Assembly (NCBI RefSeq): GCF_009914755.1
Contig: NC_060926.1
Reading direction: 5' to 3' (one strand)
DNA from: the human T2T-CHM13v2.0 reference genome, Homo sapiens
DNA length: 64,000 nt
Shown here in pieces: positions 45,701-59,213 of this stretch (position 1 is its first letter; every line of letters begins with the position of its first letter). Below the pieces are notes generated by a model. It made no database searches. It was not told the origin of the DNA and saw only the letters and a program-made list of their open reading frames with translations. A program made the position numbers and the translations under genes.

Positions 45701-45966
45701 CTTTGTTAATTGGTTATTTCAATAAGCACAGGAATCAGCCTTTTGCTTTTGTTCTCAGCAGGTTAAAGGCAATGAATGGTCATTGTGGTTCTTTTGGTCT
45801 GGGAAATGTCTTAATTACATCTTTGCTTTCATTATAGGGAGGGGATGTAGAGTCGGCCCAGGCTCTGGCTTTTAGAGATTAAGTCAATAGTTGAGACCTA
45901 ACAGTGTCACCCCACAGATAAACTAATAGCACAAGGTGTAATTTTGACCTCATTTTGTATTCCCAG

Positions 45967-46123
45967 CTGTGCCTCAGATCAACTGCGATGTCAAAGCCGG
46001 AAAGATCATCGATCCTGAGTTCATTGTGAAATGTCCAGCAGGATGCCAAGACCCCAAATACCATGTTTATGGCACTGACGTGTATGCATCCTACTCCAGT
46101 GTGTGTGGCGCTGCCGTACACAG
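45967..46123 (+). CDS. VIT: Vitrin exon 4, LCCL domain N-half (VPQINCDVKAGKIIDPEFIVKCPAGCQDPKYHVYGTDVYASYSSVCGAAVHS)
   Basis: Acceptor ttttgtattcccag; donor CAG|gtgagt; 157 nt, phase 1-2. Contains the LCCL hallmark YxxxSxxCxAAVHxG and four Cys (C46, C62, C66, C86). Confidence 0.97.
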
Positions 46124-46229
46124 GTGAGTGGTTCTGAGCTACTTAATAACTAACTAGAAATCAGGGTGTTGGCAGGGAGCCCCCATGCAAGGTTGCCATA
46201 TTTAGCAAGCAAAAATATACAAATATTTT

Positions 46230-46662
46230 TTAGCTCAAAATCTTTATTTAATCTTCATTTAAAAAGTGCTTTTACTGGATATAGAAATCTAGCCAACAGT
46301 TGTTTTTTTCTTCTTTCATTCAGCACTTTATTATGCTTCATTGTCTCCTTGCATAGTTTCAGATGACAAGTCTGTATTCATTTTTTATCTTTGCTCCTCT
46401 ATACATAATGTGTCATTTTCCTTTGGTTACTTTTAAGATTTTCTCTTTATCATTTGTTCTCAAAGATGTGGTTATAATGTGCTCTTGTGGAGTTTTCTTT
46501 GTTATCCCGATTGAGAGTCATAGAGCTTAAATAGTTCATCAAATTTGGGGATTTTAAGCAACTGTCTCCAAATATTCTTGTTTGCCCTGGCCCCAGCCTC
46601 TCCCTCTGAAACTTTATGTTACACTACTTCAAATTATCCCACAGGTCACTGAGACATTGCTC
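46230..46662 (-). mobile_element. Old L1 (L1M) fragment
   Basis: Antisense old-L1 motifs (ttactggatatagaaatct, ttttaagattttctctttatc, ccacaggtcactgag). Confidence 0.65.
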
Positions 46663-49600
46663 TTTTTTAATTTTTTTTTTCAACTCTTATTTTAGATTCC
46701 AGGAGTACATGTGCAGGTTTGTTACAAAGGCATATTACATGATGCTGGGGTTTGGAGTACAAATGAACCCATCACCCAGGAAGTGAGCATAGTATTAAAT
46801 AGGTAGCTTTTCAGGCTTCACCTCCCTCCTTCCCCCTTCTTGTATTCCCCAGTATCTGTTGTTCCCATCTTTGCATCCATGAGTACTCCATACTTAGCTC
46901 CCACTTATAAGTGAGAACATGCAATATTTGGTGTTCTGTCTCTGCATTAGTTCACTTAGGATAATGGCCTCCAGCTGCATGCATGTTGCTGCAAAGGACA
47001 AAATTTGCTCTTTTTTATGGCTGCATAGTATTCCATGGTGTATATGTACCACATTTTCTTTATCTAATCCATCACTGATAGACACCTTCGTTGGTTCCAT
47101 TGTCTTTGCTATTGTGAATAGTGCTGCAACGAACATACTGGTGCATGTGTCTTTTTGGTGGAAGGATTTATTTTCCTTTTGGTATATACCCAGCAATGGG
47201 TATATATAGTCAGCAATGGGATTGCTGGTCAAATGGTTGTTCATTAGTTCTTTGAGAAATCTCCAAACTGCTCTCCACATTGGCTGAACTAATTTACATT
47301 CCCACCAACAATGTATAAGCATTCCCTTTTCTCTGCAGCCCACCAACATCTATTATTTTTTGGCTTTTTAACAAAAGCCATTCTGACTGGTGTAAGATGG
47401 TATCTCATTGTGGTTTTGACTTGCATTTCTCTGATGATTAGTGATGATGAGTATTTTTTCATATGTTTGTTGGCTGCTTGTATGTTTTCTTTTGAGAAAT
47501 GTCTGTTTGTGTCCTTTGCCCACTTTTTAACGTGGTTGTTTTTTGATTGTTTGATTAAGTCCCTTATAGATTCTGGATATTAGACCTTTGTTGGATGCAT
47601 AGTTTGCAAATATTTTCTCTCTTTCTATAGGTTTTCTATTTACTCCACTGATAGGTTCTTTTGCTGTGCAGAGCTCTTTAGTTTAATTAGATCCTGCTCA
47701 TCAATTTTTGTTTTTGTTGCAATTGCTTTTGAGGACTTAGACATAAATTCTTTGCCAAGACCAATGTCGAGAAGGGTATTTCCTAGGTTTTCTTCTAGGA
47801 TTTTTATAGTTTGAAGTCTTACATGTAAGTCTTTAATCCATCTTGAGTTAATTTTTGTATATGTTGATAGGGAGGGATCCAGTTTCATTCTTTTGCATAT
47901 GGATAGCCAGTTATCCCCAGCACTATTTATTGAATAGGGAATCCTTTCCCTATTGCTTATTTGTGTCAACTTTGTGGACAATCAGATAGTTGCAGGTGTA
48001 TGGCTTTATTCCTGAGTTTTCTATTCTTTTCCGTCGTCTACATGTCCGGTTTTTGTACTGACACCATGTTGTTTTGATTGCTGTAGCCTTGTAGTATTAA
48101 GTCTGATAATGTGATACCTCCAGCTTTTTTCTTTTTGCTTAGAGTTTTTTTGGCTCTTCAGGCTCTTTTATTATTCCATATGAATTTTAGAATAGTTTTT
48201 TCTAATTCTGTGAAAAATTTCATTGGCAGTTTGATAAAAATAATGTTGAATCTGTACATTGCTTTGGGCAGTATGGTCATTTTAACAATATTGATTCTTC
48301 CACTCCATGAGCATGGAATATTTTTCCATTTGTTCATGTCATCTCTGACTTCTTCCAGGAGTGTTTTACAATTCTCCTTGTGGAGATCTTTCACCTCCTC
48401 AGTTAGATGTATTCCAAAGCATTTTCTTCTTCTTGTGGCTACTGTAAATGGGATTGTGTTCTGATTTGGCTCTCAGCTTGAACATTATATACAGAAATGC
48501 TACTGATTTTTATATATCGGTTTTGTATTCGGAAAATTTACTGAAATCATTTATCAGCTCAAGGAGCCTTTTGGTGGAGTCTTTAGGGTTTTCTAGGTAT
48601 AGAGTCATATCAGTGAAGAGAGGGAGTTTGACTTCTTCCTTTCCTATTTAAATTCCTTTAATGTATTTCTCTTGCCTGGTTGCTTTGGCTAGGACTTCTA
48701 GTACTATGTGAAATAGGAGTGGTGAGAGTGAACATGCTTGTCTTGTTCCAGTTCTCAAGGGGAATGCTTCCAGCTTTTGCCCATTCAGTATGATGTTGGC
48801 TGTGGATTTGTCATAGATAGCTCTTATTATTTTGAGGTTATGTTCCTATAATATCTAGTCAGTTGAGAGTTTTTATCATGAAAGGATATTGGATCTTATC
48901 AAAAGCTTTTTCTGTGTCTATTGAGATGATCACATGGTTTTTGTTTTTAATTCTGTTTATATGGTAAATCATTTTTATTGATTTGCATAGGTTGAACCAA
49001 CCTTGCATCCCAGGAATAAAGCCTACTTGATTGCGGTGAATTAGCTTTTTGATGTGCTGCTGGATTTGGTTTGCTAGCACTCTGTTGAGGATTTTTGCAT
49101 CTATGTTCATCAGAGATATTGGTCTGTAGTTTTATTTTTTTCACATGTCTCAACTAGGTTTTGGTATCAGGATGATGTTGGCTTCTTAAAATGAGTTAGG
49201 GAGGATTCCTTCCTCCTTGATATTTTGGAATAGTTTCAGTAGTATTGGTACCAGCTCTTGGTACTTCTGGTAGAATTTGGCTGTGAATCTATCTGGTCCA
49301 GGGCTTTTTTTTGGTTAGTAGGTTTTTTATTATTAATTCAATTTCCAAACTTGTTAGCGGTCTGTTTAGGATTTTCTTTCTAGTTCAATCTTGGGAGGTT
49401 GTGTGTTTACAGGACTTTATGCATTTCCTGTAGATTTTCTAGCTTGTGTGCACAGAAGTCTTCAAAATAGTTTCTGAAGAACTTTTGTATTTCTGTGGGA
49501 TTGGTTGCAATGTCATCTTTGTCATTTCAGATTGTGCATTTTTGGGTCTTCTTTCTTTTTTCCTTTGTTAATCTAGCTAGTGGTCTATCAATCTTGTTTA

Positions 49601-51815
49601 TCCTTTCAAAAAACAAACTTTTGGTTTCATTGATGTTTTATATGGATTTTCACAATTCAGTTTCATTCAGTTCTGCTCTAATTTTAGTGATTTCTTTTCT
49701 CCCACTGGCTTTTATGTTAGTGTGTTCTTATTTTTATATTTCCTCTAAGGTGTGATATTAGATTGTTAATATGAGATATTTAGAACTTCTTGATATAGGC
49801 ATTTTGTACTATAAAATTTCCACTCAAAACGCTTTCACTGCAACCCAGAGATTTTGGTATGTTGTGTCTCTATTTTCATTAATTTCAATAGTTTTTTATT
49901 TCTGCTTTAATTTCATTGTTTACCCAAAAGTCATTCAGGAGTAGGTTGTTTAATTTCCATATAATTGTGTGGCTTTGAGAGATCTTCTTGGTATTGATTT
50001 TTATTTTTATTGCACTGTGTTCCAAGAGTATGATTGGTGTGATTTCAAATTTTTTTAATTTATTGAGACTTGCTTTATAACTAAACATGTGGTCAATCAT
50101 AGAGTATGTTCTATGTGCAGATGAGAAGAATGTGTATCTGTGGTTGTTTGGTGGAGTATTCTGTAGATGTCTATTAGAGCCAACTGATCAAATGTTGAGT
50201 GTAAGTCCAGAATTTCTTTGTCAGTTTTCTGTCTCAAGGATCCAACACTGTCAGTGGAGTGTTGAAGTCCCCTACTATTATCACGTGGCTGTCTAAGCCT
50301 TTCCATGGGACTAGAAGTACTTGTTTTATGAATCTGGGTCCTCCAATATTGGGTCTGTATATATTTAGGATAGTTTTCTTGTTGAATTGAACTCTTTATC
50401 ATTATGTAATACCCTTCTTTGTCTGTTTACTGTTGTTGGTTTAAAATCTGATATAAGAATAGTGACCTCTGTAGATCTTTCTTCATCCCTTTACTTTGAG
50501 CCTATGGGTGTTATTACGTGTGAGATGGTCTCTTGAAGACAGTAGATGGCTGGGTCTTGTTTCTTAATCCAACTTGCCACACTGTGCCTTTTAATTGGAG
50601 CATTTAGACCATTTACATTCAAGGTTAATATTGATATATGAGGTTTCGACCTGATCATAATGTTGTCAGCTGGTTGTTTTGTAGACTTGGTTGTGTAGTT
50701 GCTTTATAGGGTCTCTGGGCTATGAACTTAAGTGTGTTTTTGTGGTAGCAGGTATCGTTCTTTCATTTCCATGTTTAGAACTCCCTTAAGGCCCTGTTGT
50801 ATTAGCATTTGCTTATCTGAAAAGTGTTTTATTTCTCCTTTGCTTATGAAGCTTAGCTTGGCAGAATACGAAATTTTTGTTGGGATTTCTTTTCTTTAAG
50901 GGTGCTGAGAATAGGCTCCCAATCTCTTCTGGCTTGTAAACTTTCTGCTGAGAAGTCCACTGTTAGCCTGATGGGGTTCCCTTTGTAGGTGGTCTGACCC
51001 TTTGATTACCTTTAAGACGTTTTTCTTTCACTTTGACCTTGGAGAATCAGATGACTATCTACCTTCAGAATGGTCATCTTGCATAGTATCTCACTCACAG
51101 AGATTTGCTGAATTTCTTGAATTTGTATGTTGACCTCTCCAGTGAGACTGAGGGAATTTTCATGAACTATATATCCTCAAATATCTTTTCTAAGTTGCTT
51201 ACTCTCTCTCCTTCTCTCTCAGGAAGGCCAATGAGTCACAGCCTCCTTTGGTTGGTCACTTTACATAAGTCTGTATTTCTCAGAGGTTTTCTTCATTTCT
51301 TAAATTCTTTTTTCTTTATTTTTGTCTGACTGCGTTGATTCAAAGAACTGGTCTTCAAGCTTGGAGATTCTTTCCTCAGCTTGATCTACTCTGTTGTTAA
51401 TGCTTCCAAATGTATTATGAAATTCCTGTAGTAAATTTTTCAATCCCAGAAGTTCAGTTTGGTTCTTTCTTAAAATGGCTATGTAGTCTTTCAAGTCTTG
51501 GATCATTTTATGGGCTTCCTTGGATTAGGTTTCAACTATCTTCTGAATCTTGTTGAGCTTCTTTGCCCCACAGTTTCTTCACTAACATCTTCGTCAGGTC
51601 CTGTTCAGGACTGAGCTAGTCCTGGCACTCAGCAACTTCGTGCAAGGTTGCTAGCTTCCTCCTTTTTTCACCTCTGTGTCTGCATTGCCTCTCTATTGAC
51701 TTTCAGTGTTTTCTCTCAAAACGTCTGTTCAAAGTGTGATGGTTTACTTGATATTTGGTTTTTCTGTGAGAGAAGCACTTCCCAGCTGTGTAGTCAATCA
51801 TCTTGACGCCCTCCC
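46663..51815 (-). mobile_element. ~5.1-kb L1 (L1PA15/16-like), antisense to VIT, internally deleted, ORFs broken
   Basis: Minus-strand ORFs translate to ORF2 pieces ([51 protein letters not shown]) and an ORF1-like coiled coil (51300-51506); L1PA-type 3' UTR with T tail at 46663-46680. Confidence 0.92.
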
Positions 51816-53408
51816 TGAAAAACGTACAAACTTAACTGAGCATCCCGTGTTTTCTCCGTCGACCTTACTGTGGAGGGATGACTTGGAAGTCATGCATGGT
51901 CCTGCATCTTTCATCATAGCACTCCATAAAAAAGGACAACTGACTTCTCTTTACACTTTGATGGGGAGAGGAAGAGAATTGTACTCTTTCATGTTCATGA
52001 AAAGGAATCCAAAGTTCTTGATGATATAAACTCATTTTTTCTACCTGTATGTGCTGAGCAAGGAAATTATGGAGATGTTACCAAGGAAGGCCCAAAAGTT
52101 TGGAGGAAGAAATATCACAGCTATGGTGATGGGTTGGAGAAAAATGGGGATGGGGAAAGTGGAGAAGGGTGACAGGTAATACCACTTGGTCAGCTGTTGG
52201 TCTAGGATGCAGGAAGGAAGACAGGAGGCATGGCATGCTTTGGATTAAGTCACTACCTAAATGCAGATACCGTAACAGAATCCTCATACCACTCTTGCTT
52301 AAGTTTATGGTCAAAACATAGATAAATGTATGCTTACTTAATATCTTTGGCATTAAGACTAGCCTGTATGTGCCAAGCACTTTACCTTCTTTATCTTATT
52401 TAATCCTGACAATAATTCCTCTGTGCAGTTTCTACTACTCTTATGCACATCTTAAAGGTGAAGGTAGGTTGAATCACTTTTCTAAAGCCATACTATTAAA
52501 AAGTATCATAGTGGGGACTCAAACCCAAGTCCAGCTGACTGCAGTACCTGTACTCCTAACTGCTGCCCAGGACAGCTTTGAGATGTGACTCGGGAGTCGA
52601 TACTTGGCTACTGGATGCTGGATAAAATTTCTGAATTATTCAGATTTCTGGTATCTTTTTCCTTTTCCTTTTTTGCACATAAGTGGGTTGATTGTTCAGT
52701 TGTACCTCTGCAAGGGAGAGAAAATATATAAAATTCATTCTATGTCAAGGTGTCTAGTTAGTAGACTCTCTGAAATTTGAGGGAGCAGTAAGACAAAAAC
52801 TATGCATAAAATAAAGTTTAAGAATTACTAGTAGATTTCGTTGGCTATAGTAATCTTTTCCCCATTACTGCAGAGGGACGAGGAGTGAACTGGTTTTTCA
52901 AAGGGAATGGGATTACAAAAGCTCTATTAAGGATAAGTAGTAAAACATTAAAGAAAAACGACACGAAAAGCTGTTCCATAACTCCAGACTACGGAATAAA
53001 AATCACTGAATGCTATTTCATAACTTCAGACTATGAAATAAAAATATTTTGCTTTCACCCTGAAATCAATTTCATACTAAAAGGGAAAAGTTATACAAAT
53101 CTACGCACACGTGTTTGCACACCCATACATGCCTCCCACACATACTTCCAGCCCACAGCACCATCAGCCCTCTCCAGTCTGTGTCTTTGTACACACTCCA
53201 GTGTCTGTGTAGAAAGTGACATCTGCTGCAAAGGGTGAGCCTGTCTTAAGGTTGCTTGTATTTTTTTCAATTTTGATCCTAGATGATTCGTTCTTGCTTC
53301 TTCTGGCACTTGCTGGGTCTCTCTTGCACTTTCACACTTCCGAGGCAGTATAGAGCCACAAGAGTAAATTTGACCTCACCAAAGATGACATTAAAATAAC
53401 ATGTAATC

Positions 53409-53746
<338 letters not shown>

Positions 53747-53844
53747 CTAGCAGCATCTCATCACCCTCATGAGGTTATTGTTAGCATCCTCATTTGTTAT
53801 ATAAGAAACCGAGGTATCAAAAAGCTAATTAAATTCCTAGTTAG

Positions 53845-54310
<466 letters not shown>

Positions 54311-55624
54311 TCATGCCCCCTTACTTCCAGCCCGGAGCCCAGGTGATATATTGACATAAGAACTGGGGAGTCCCAGCACTGCTTAGCGTACAAAGTGAGG
54401 ACTCAAGCAAGGTGTAGACTTTACAGTAGTGAAAGTTGGGAAATGCTTTATGGTAGAAGGAGGCGCCCTGTGAAGAAAATAAGAAGGGCATTGACAGGAC
54501 CAAGGCTCTATAATTCCAGCTTTTGGGTTAGAGTGTAGGAACTTGGTGGGAAAAATATAAATGAGGGGAGAAGGGCAGAAGAGAAGAGCTTGATTCGCTT
54601 GTTTTGCAAAAAACAAGATTTGCTGCTTGAGCAATTGAGTGCCACTGTGACTTCCCAGACTAGTGACTGATATAGTGGAAAATCTATTTGGAAGGAGGTA
54701 CCACTATTCAAAGGGAAGATAAATAAAAGTCTTAAGGGGAAACAGATAGGAATTTTGGAAGCTATCTGTTTTGTTTTTCACAAACAGTGCAAATCTGTTT
54801 TCAGAAGGCAGGATTTAAGATGTAGAGAACATGAGCAGAAAGTATATTGGGGATCTATAACCATTGTCCTGCCAGAGTCCCAACAGTCAGAAGTGGGAGA
54901 CTGGAGACAGTATACTTTGGTTTAGAAACTCAGATTAATTTGTACTAAAGGGTTTAATGTTCATATTCTATATCATGATCAGAGGTCTTAGTACAAGAAA
55001 TTCCCTTAATTTCTTCAAACCAAAGGGATAATGAACATATTTGAGGCATCATATTTTGGCTCAGGCTTATCCTAAACTAACTCCTATGTTTAAAGCATGG
55101 CCAAGTGCAGGGGAGAGGAGAGATTTCCCTGAGAAGGTGCAATGAAAAGACCAGCTCCATGCAGGACACTCTTCACGCTGATCTCTGACCAGTGCCCACC
55201 CTCAGAACAGCAGCCATTCGACACCTGGCCCTAGCGGTGAACTATCCCTTCTCTCTGAGCCAAGGGACTGACCCTCAGTTATCCCAGTCCCCTGGCACTG
55301 CAATCAGGGAGGAGGTGAACATCAAGGCCATGCTCAGCACCATGCAGGGCACCTGAGGAATGCAAGGAAGTGGAACTGGGTTTGCTTTTCCAGAGAATAT
55401 CTATGAAGTGCCTACATCTGAGTGATACAAATGATGAGGTGGTATTTACATAAATTCTCCAAATTACCATGGCTCTGAGCCCCCATCTGCCTCGTAAGTG
55501 GAACCACAGCTTTTTTCAGACTCTCTCCCTCCTCCTCCAGTGTCTCCTACATTGGTCAAGCCTCCTGTGCATCCTGCTTCTTTGCCAGCTCACCCAATCC
55601 TGAAAGCATAACAATTAGCTCTCA

Positions 55625-56252
55625 CAGAGTGTGAATTAGTTCAACCATTGTGGAAAACAGTGTGGCAATCCTTCAAAGACATAGAAGCAGAAATACCATT
55701 TGACCCAGCAATCCCATTACTGGGTACATACCCAAAGGAATACAAATCATTCTATTATAAAGATACATGCATACATATGTTCATTGCAGCACTATTCACA
55801 ATAGCAAAAACATGGAATCAACCTAAATGCCCATCGATGATAGACTGGATAGAGAAAATATGGTACATATACACCATGGAATACTATGCAGCCATAAAAG
55901 GAATGAGATCATGTCCTTGGCAGGGACATGGATTAAATTGGAAACCATTATCCTCAGCAAACTAACACAAGAACAGAAAATCAAATACCGCATGTTCTCA
56001 CTTATACGTGGGAGCTGCTGATGAGAACACACGGAAACATGAGTTGGGGAGCAACACACACTGGGGCCTGTCAGAGTTGGGGGTGGGGGAGGGAGAGCAT
56101 CAGGAAGAATAACTAATGGATGCTGGGCCGAATACCCAGGTGATGGGATGATCTGTGCAGCAAAAACACCATGGCACGTGCTTACTTATGTAACAAACCT
56201 GCACATCTGGCACATGTACCCCTGAACTTAAAATAAAAGTTGAAGAAAAAAA
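55625..56252 (+). mobile_element. 5'-truncated L1PA (mid-age) 3' end, sense to VIT
   Basis: ORF2 C-terminus (IPFDPAIPLLGTYPKEYKS), 3' UTR, AATAAA at 56232-56237; TSD aattagctctca / aattggctctca. Confidence 0.9.
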
Positions 56253-57786
56253 AATTGGCTCTCAAAAGCAGGTGTCCGCGGCACCTTCTCATGTGGAAAC
56301 ATAAAATGCTATCCTTTCTATAAGAAATATTTCCATTTTGTTGAGAGACAAAATAAACTCCAGAAATTTTTAGGAAGTAGTACAAGACGGAACAAAATCA
56401 GAGTTTAAGTTGTGAGAACAAGATTCTAAGGAGGGAAGGAGGTAGCAAAGTCATGTCAGAATCTCTGTGGGGAAGGAGAAATTGGGAACTCACTGCCCTT
56501 TGTCAGCAGCACAGGCCTGGTCAGGCAGAGGGAATCAGGTCTTCTGGGGTGAAACAGCAGCATCGTCAGAGCCATGGGAGTGGGAATGGCTGAAACCAGC
56601 CTGCCTGCCATCGGGAGATGTGAGGGAACTCAATCACAGGGAGCCCGGAGAGAAGAGAGCGAGTGAGGAGGAGTTGGCTTAGGGAGGTGCCTGTGCTTTT
56701 GAACTCTTGAGAGGTAGATGGGAGCAAGAGGGACAAACTGAGGACTTAAGGTGAGTTCAACCTGGGTTTAAATCCCTCTTGCAATTTACTAGTTAGAAAA
56801 TCCCAGGTGAGTCCTGCAACCTCACACAGCCTGTTTCTATGGAATGAATGGCAATAACAGCATTCCTTCCACTCCACAACTCAGGTATGCTGGGAGAACC
56901 CAGTGGGACACCACACGTTGAGAACAGTTTTAAAGCAATTAAGTGCTTTACATGTTGAGTAGTATTAGCACTTTCTTTCCTTCTATGCCACTGGGAGGTT
57001 GAGGGTTGAACGTTGTTGACTCATCAGGAAGGTGGGAGGGCAGGAAATGGCAACTTTCACTCCTGGAGGGAAGGAAGGGTGTTGATGGGGAGAAATCTAC
57101 ATCTCCCGGTGCCAGAAATTAAGGATACCCAAAGGAGCCATGCATGTTCGACTCTGGGGCAAGAAATGACAACGTAAAAGTGCAATCTAGCAACCAGATG
57201 GAGACCCTGCCTAACATCAAAGGAAAGACATTCATATGTCAGTCACCGTCCCATCAGGATCTAAAACCTGGCAAAATCCCAGAAATTTAAAGAAACAATT
57301 TTCCATCTTTGGGGGATGCTTTTTTAATGAGTTTAACTTAGCTGCACAGCTTTCCTCCCTGACCCAAAAAAAAAGGAGTGTTTACTTTTCATCATTTTAT
57401 ATCACCCTTTGGAATAACTAAATTCATTCTGTGCCATCACAAAACCAAATTGGAAACTGTCAAGAAAGAGGCTTTACTTAAAAGAGCTAGTGGGAATGAG
57501 AAAACCAAGGAAAAGAAATCTGAGGCATGGTGGCAAAAAGAAATCCCTGACAGAACAATCAGCTCCTATAAGAAGAAAGAGAAGGACATTGACCCTGGGA
57601 GCTCAGATGCTGGGTCTGCTGGTGGAGGCACCATTCTTGTCGGTTGGGCTTCATGTCAAGGTAAACTTTGCTTAACCTTGCTGCTTTCCTATGTGTAAAT
57701 AAAGATGGCGACTGGTTTTCTAGCCTGTTGATCACGTCAAAAAATATTTCTGTTCTTTCCTGAAAAATTATTTTTTCTCTTCATAG

Positions 57787-57920
57787 TGGTGTGCTTGATA
57801 ATTCAGGAGGGAAAATACTTGTTCGGAAGGTTGCTGGACAGTCTGGTTACAAAGGGAGTTATTCCAACGGTGTCCAATCGTTATCCCTACCACGATGGAG
57901 AGAATCCTTTATCGTCTTAG
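57787..57920 (+). CDS. VIT: Vitrin exon 5, LCCL domain C-half (GVLDNSGGKILVRKVAGQSGYKGSYSNGVQSLSLPRWRESFIVL)
   Basis: Acceptor ttttttctcttcatag; donor TAG|gtatga; 134 nt, phase 2-1. Carries the Y-x-GS-x-x-NGV-x-S motif typical of LCCL domains (cochlin-like). Confidence 0.97.
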
Positions 57921-58821
57921 GTATGACCACACACTGGAGAAACGCTGCTAAACCTACCACAAGATGAAATGTGCTCTTTTCATTGTGCTGTTGGTTTTTG
58001 TTTATGGCCCACCTCATTTCATAAAAATCTGAAGCATTCGTTTTTCTGATAATTAGAATCACGACACAATAAATTAGAATTACATGATAAATCACCACAA
58101 AGTCATATCTGAAAATACTAAAAGGCTCCACATGCTTGTTTTAATTACACTGCAGTTATCTGTAAGTCCAATCAGATTTTTAATTACATTAATTACATTT
58201 AATAGCTTGGGTTTTTAAACCAGTCCTTTAGTTATGCCAAATGTGCCTCATGTCTAGAACCTTATTCCTTGAGATTTCTGTTAAGTGGATAGATAGGTAT
58301 TGTCACAGCAAATCCATTGTGTCATACACAATGGCCATATCAAGAGGCATATAATGGCAGTCTGTTCCATTGTTGGTGATGCTAAGTTTGATTCACTGGA
58401 TATTTTACCATATCTGTCCATGGCAAAGATACCCCGTAATTAATAAGCATCTGTAGGGTAATGCTTTAACATGCCCGAGTAGCTTGTTCCCCAACAAATT
58501 TCACCCAGTGATTTTAACATCCATTGCCGATCCTCACTGTAACAAGTATTACATTAGTAATTGCAAAATTATAATTTTTTCTAATTCTGTCATTCCTTCC
58601 ACATTTGTTAGCTAGTGTTCTTATATAAAGAAGAGTTGCTTTCCCCCTCTGCACCTATTATTTTTAAGTGGACTATGGATTCATAGATTGTTTTTAAAAA
58701 TATAATGTTATCATCTATTATCTTTATTTTTCTTTTTGGTGCTCATATTTTCTGAGATTGCCCAGTGGGAGCCCTTCAAGCTTTTGACATGTTCACGGTA
58801 GTGCTTGAGGACAACACAGTA

Positions 58822-59213
<392 letters not shown>

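Noticed and set aside
46894-51506. Reverse transcriptase/endonuclease-like and ORF1-like ORFs (also 21999-23616 and 55648-56059)
   Set aside because: Frameshifted, stop-riddled remnants of L1 copies; not a functional or novel retroelement system.
46210-51830. aaaaatatacaaa (~46211) and aaaaacgtacaaa (~51818) as a possible TSD around the whole L1 block
   Set aside because: A-rich, two mismatches, and wrong polarity for a minus-strand insertion; the block comprises L1s of different ages.
58048-58205. Short repeats aattagaat and ttaattaca downstream of exon 5
   Set aside because: AT-rich 9-mers with irregular spacing; not an array and not CRISPR-like.
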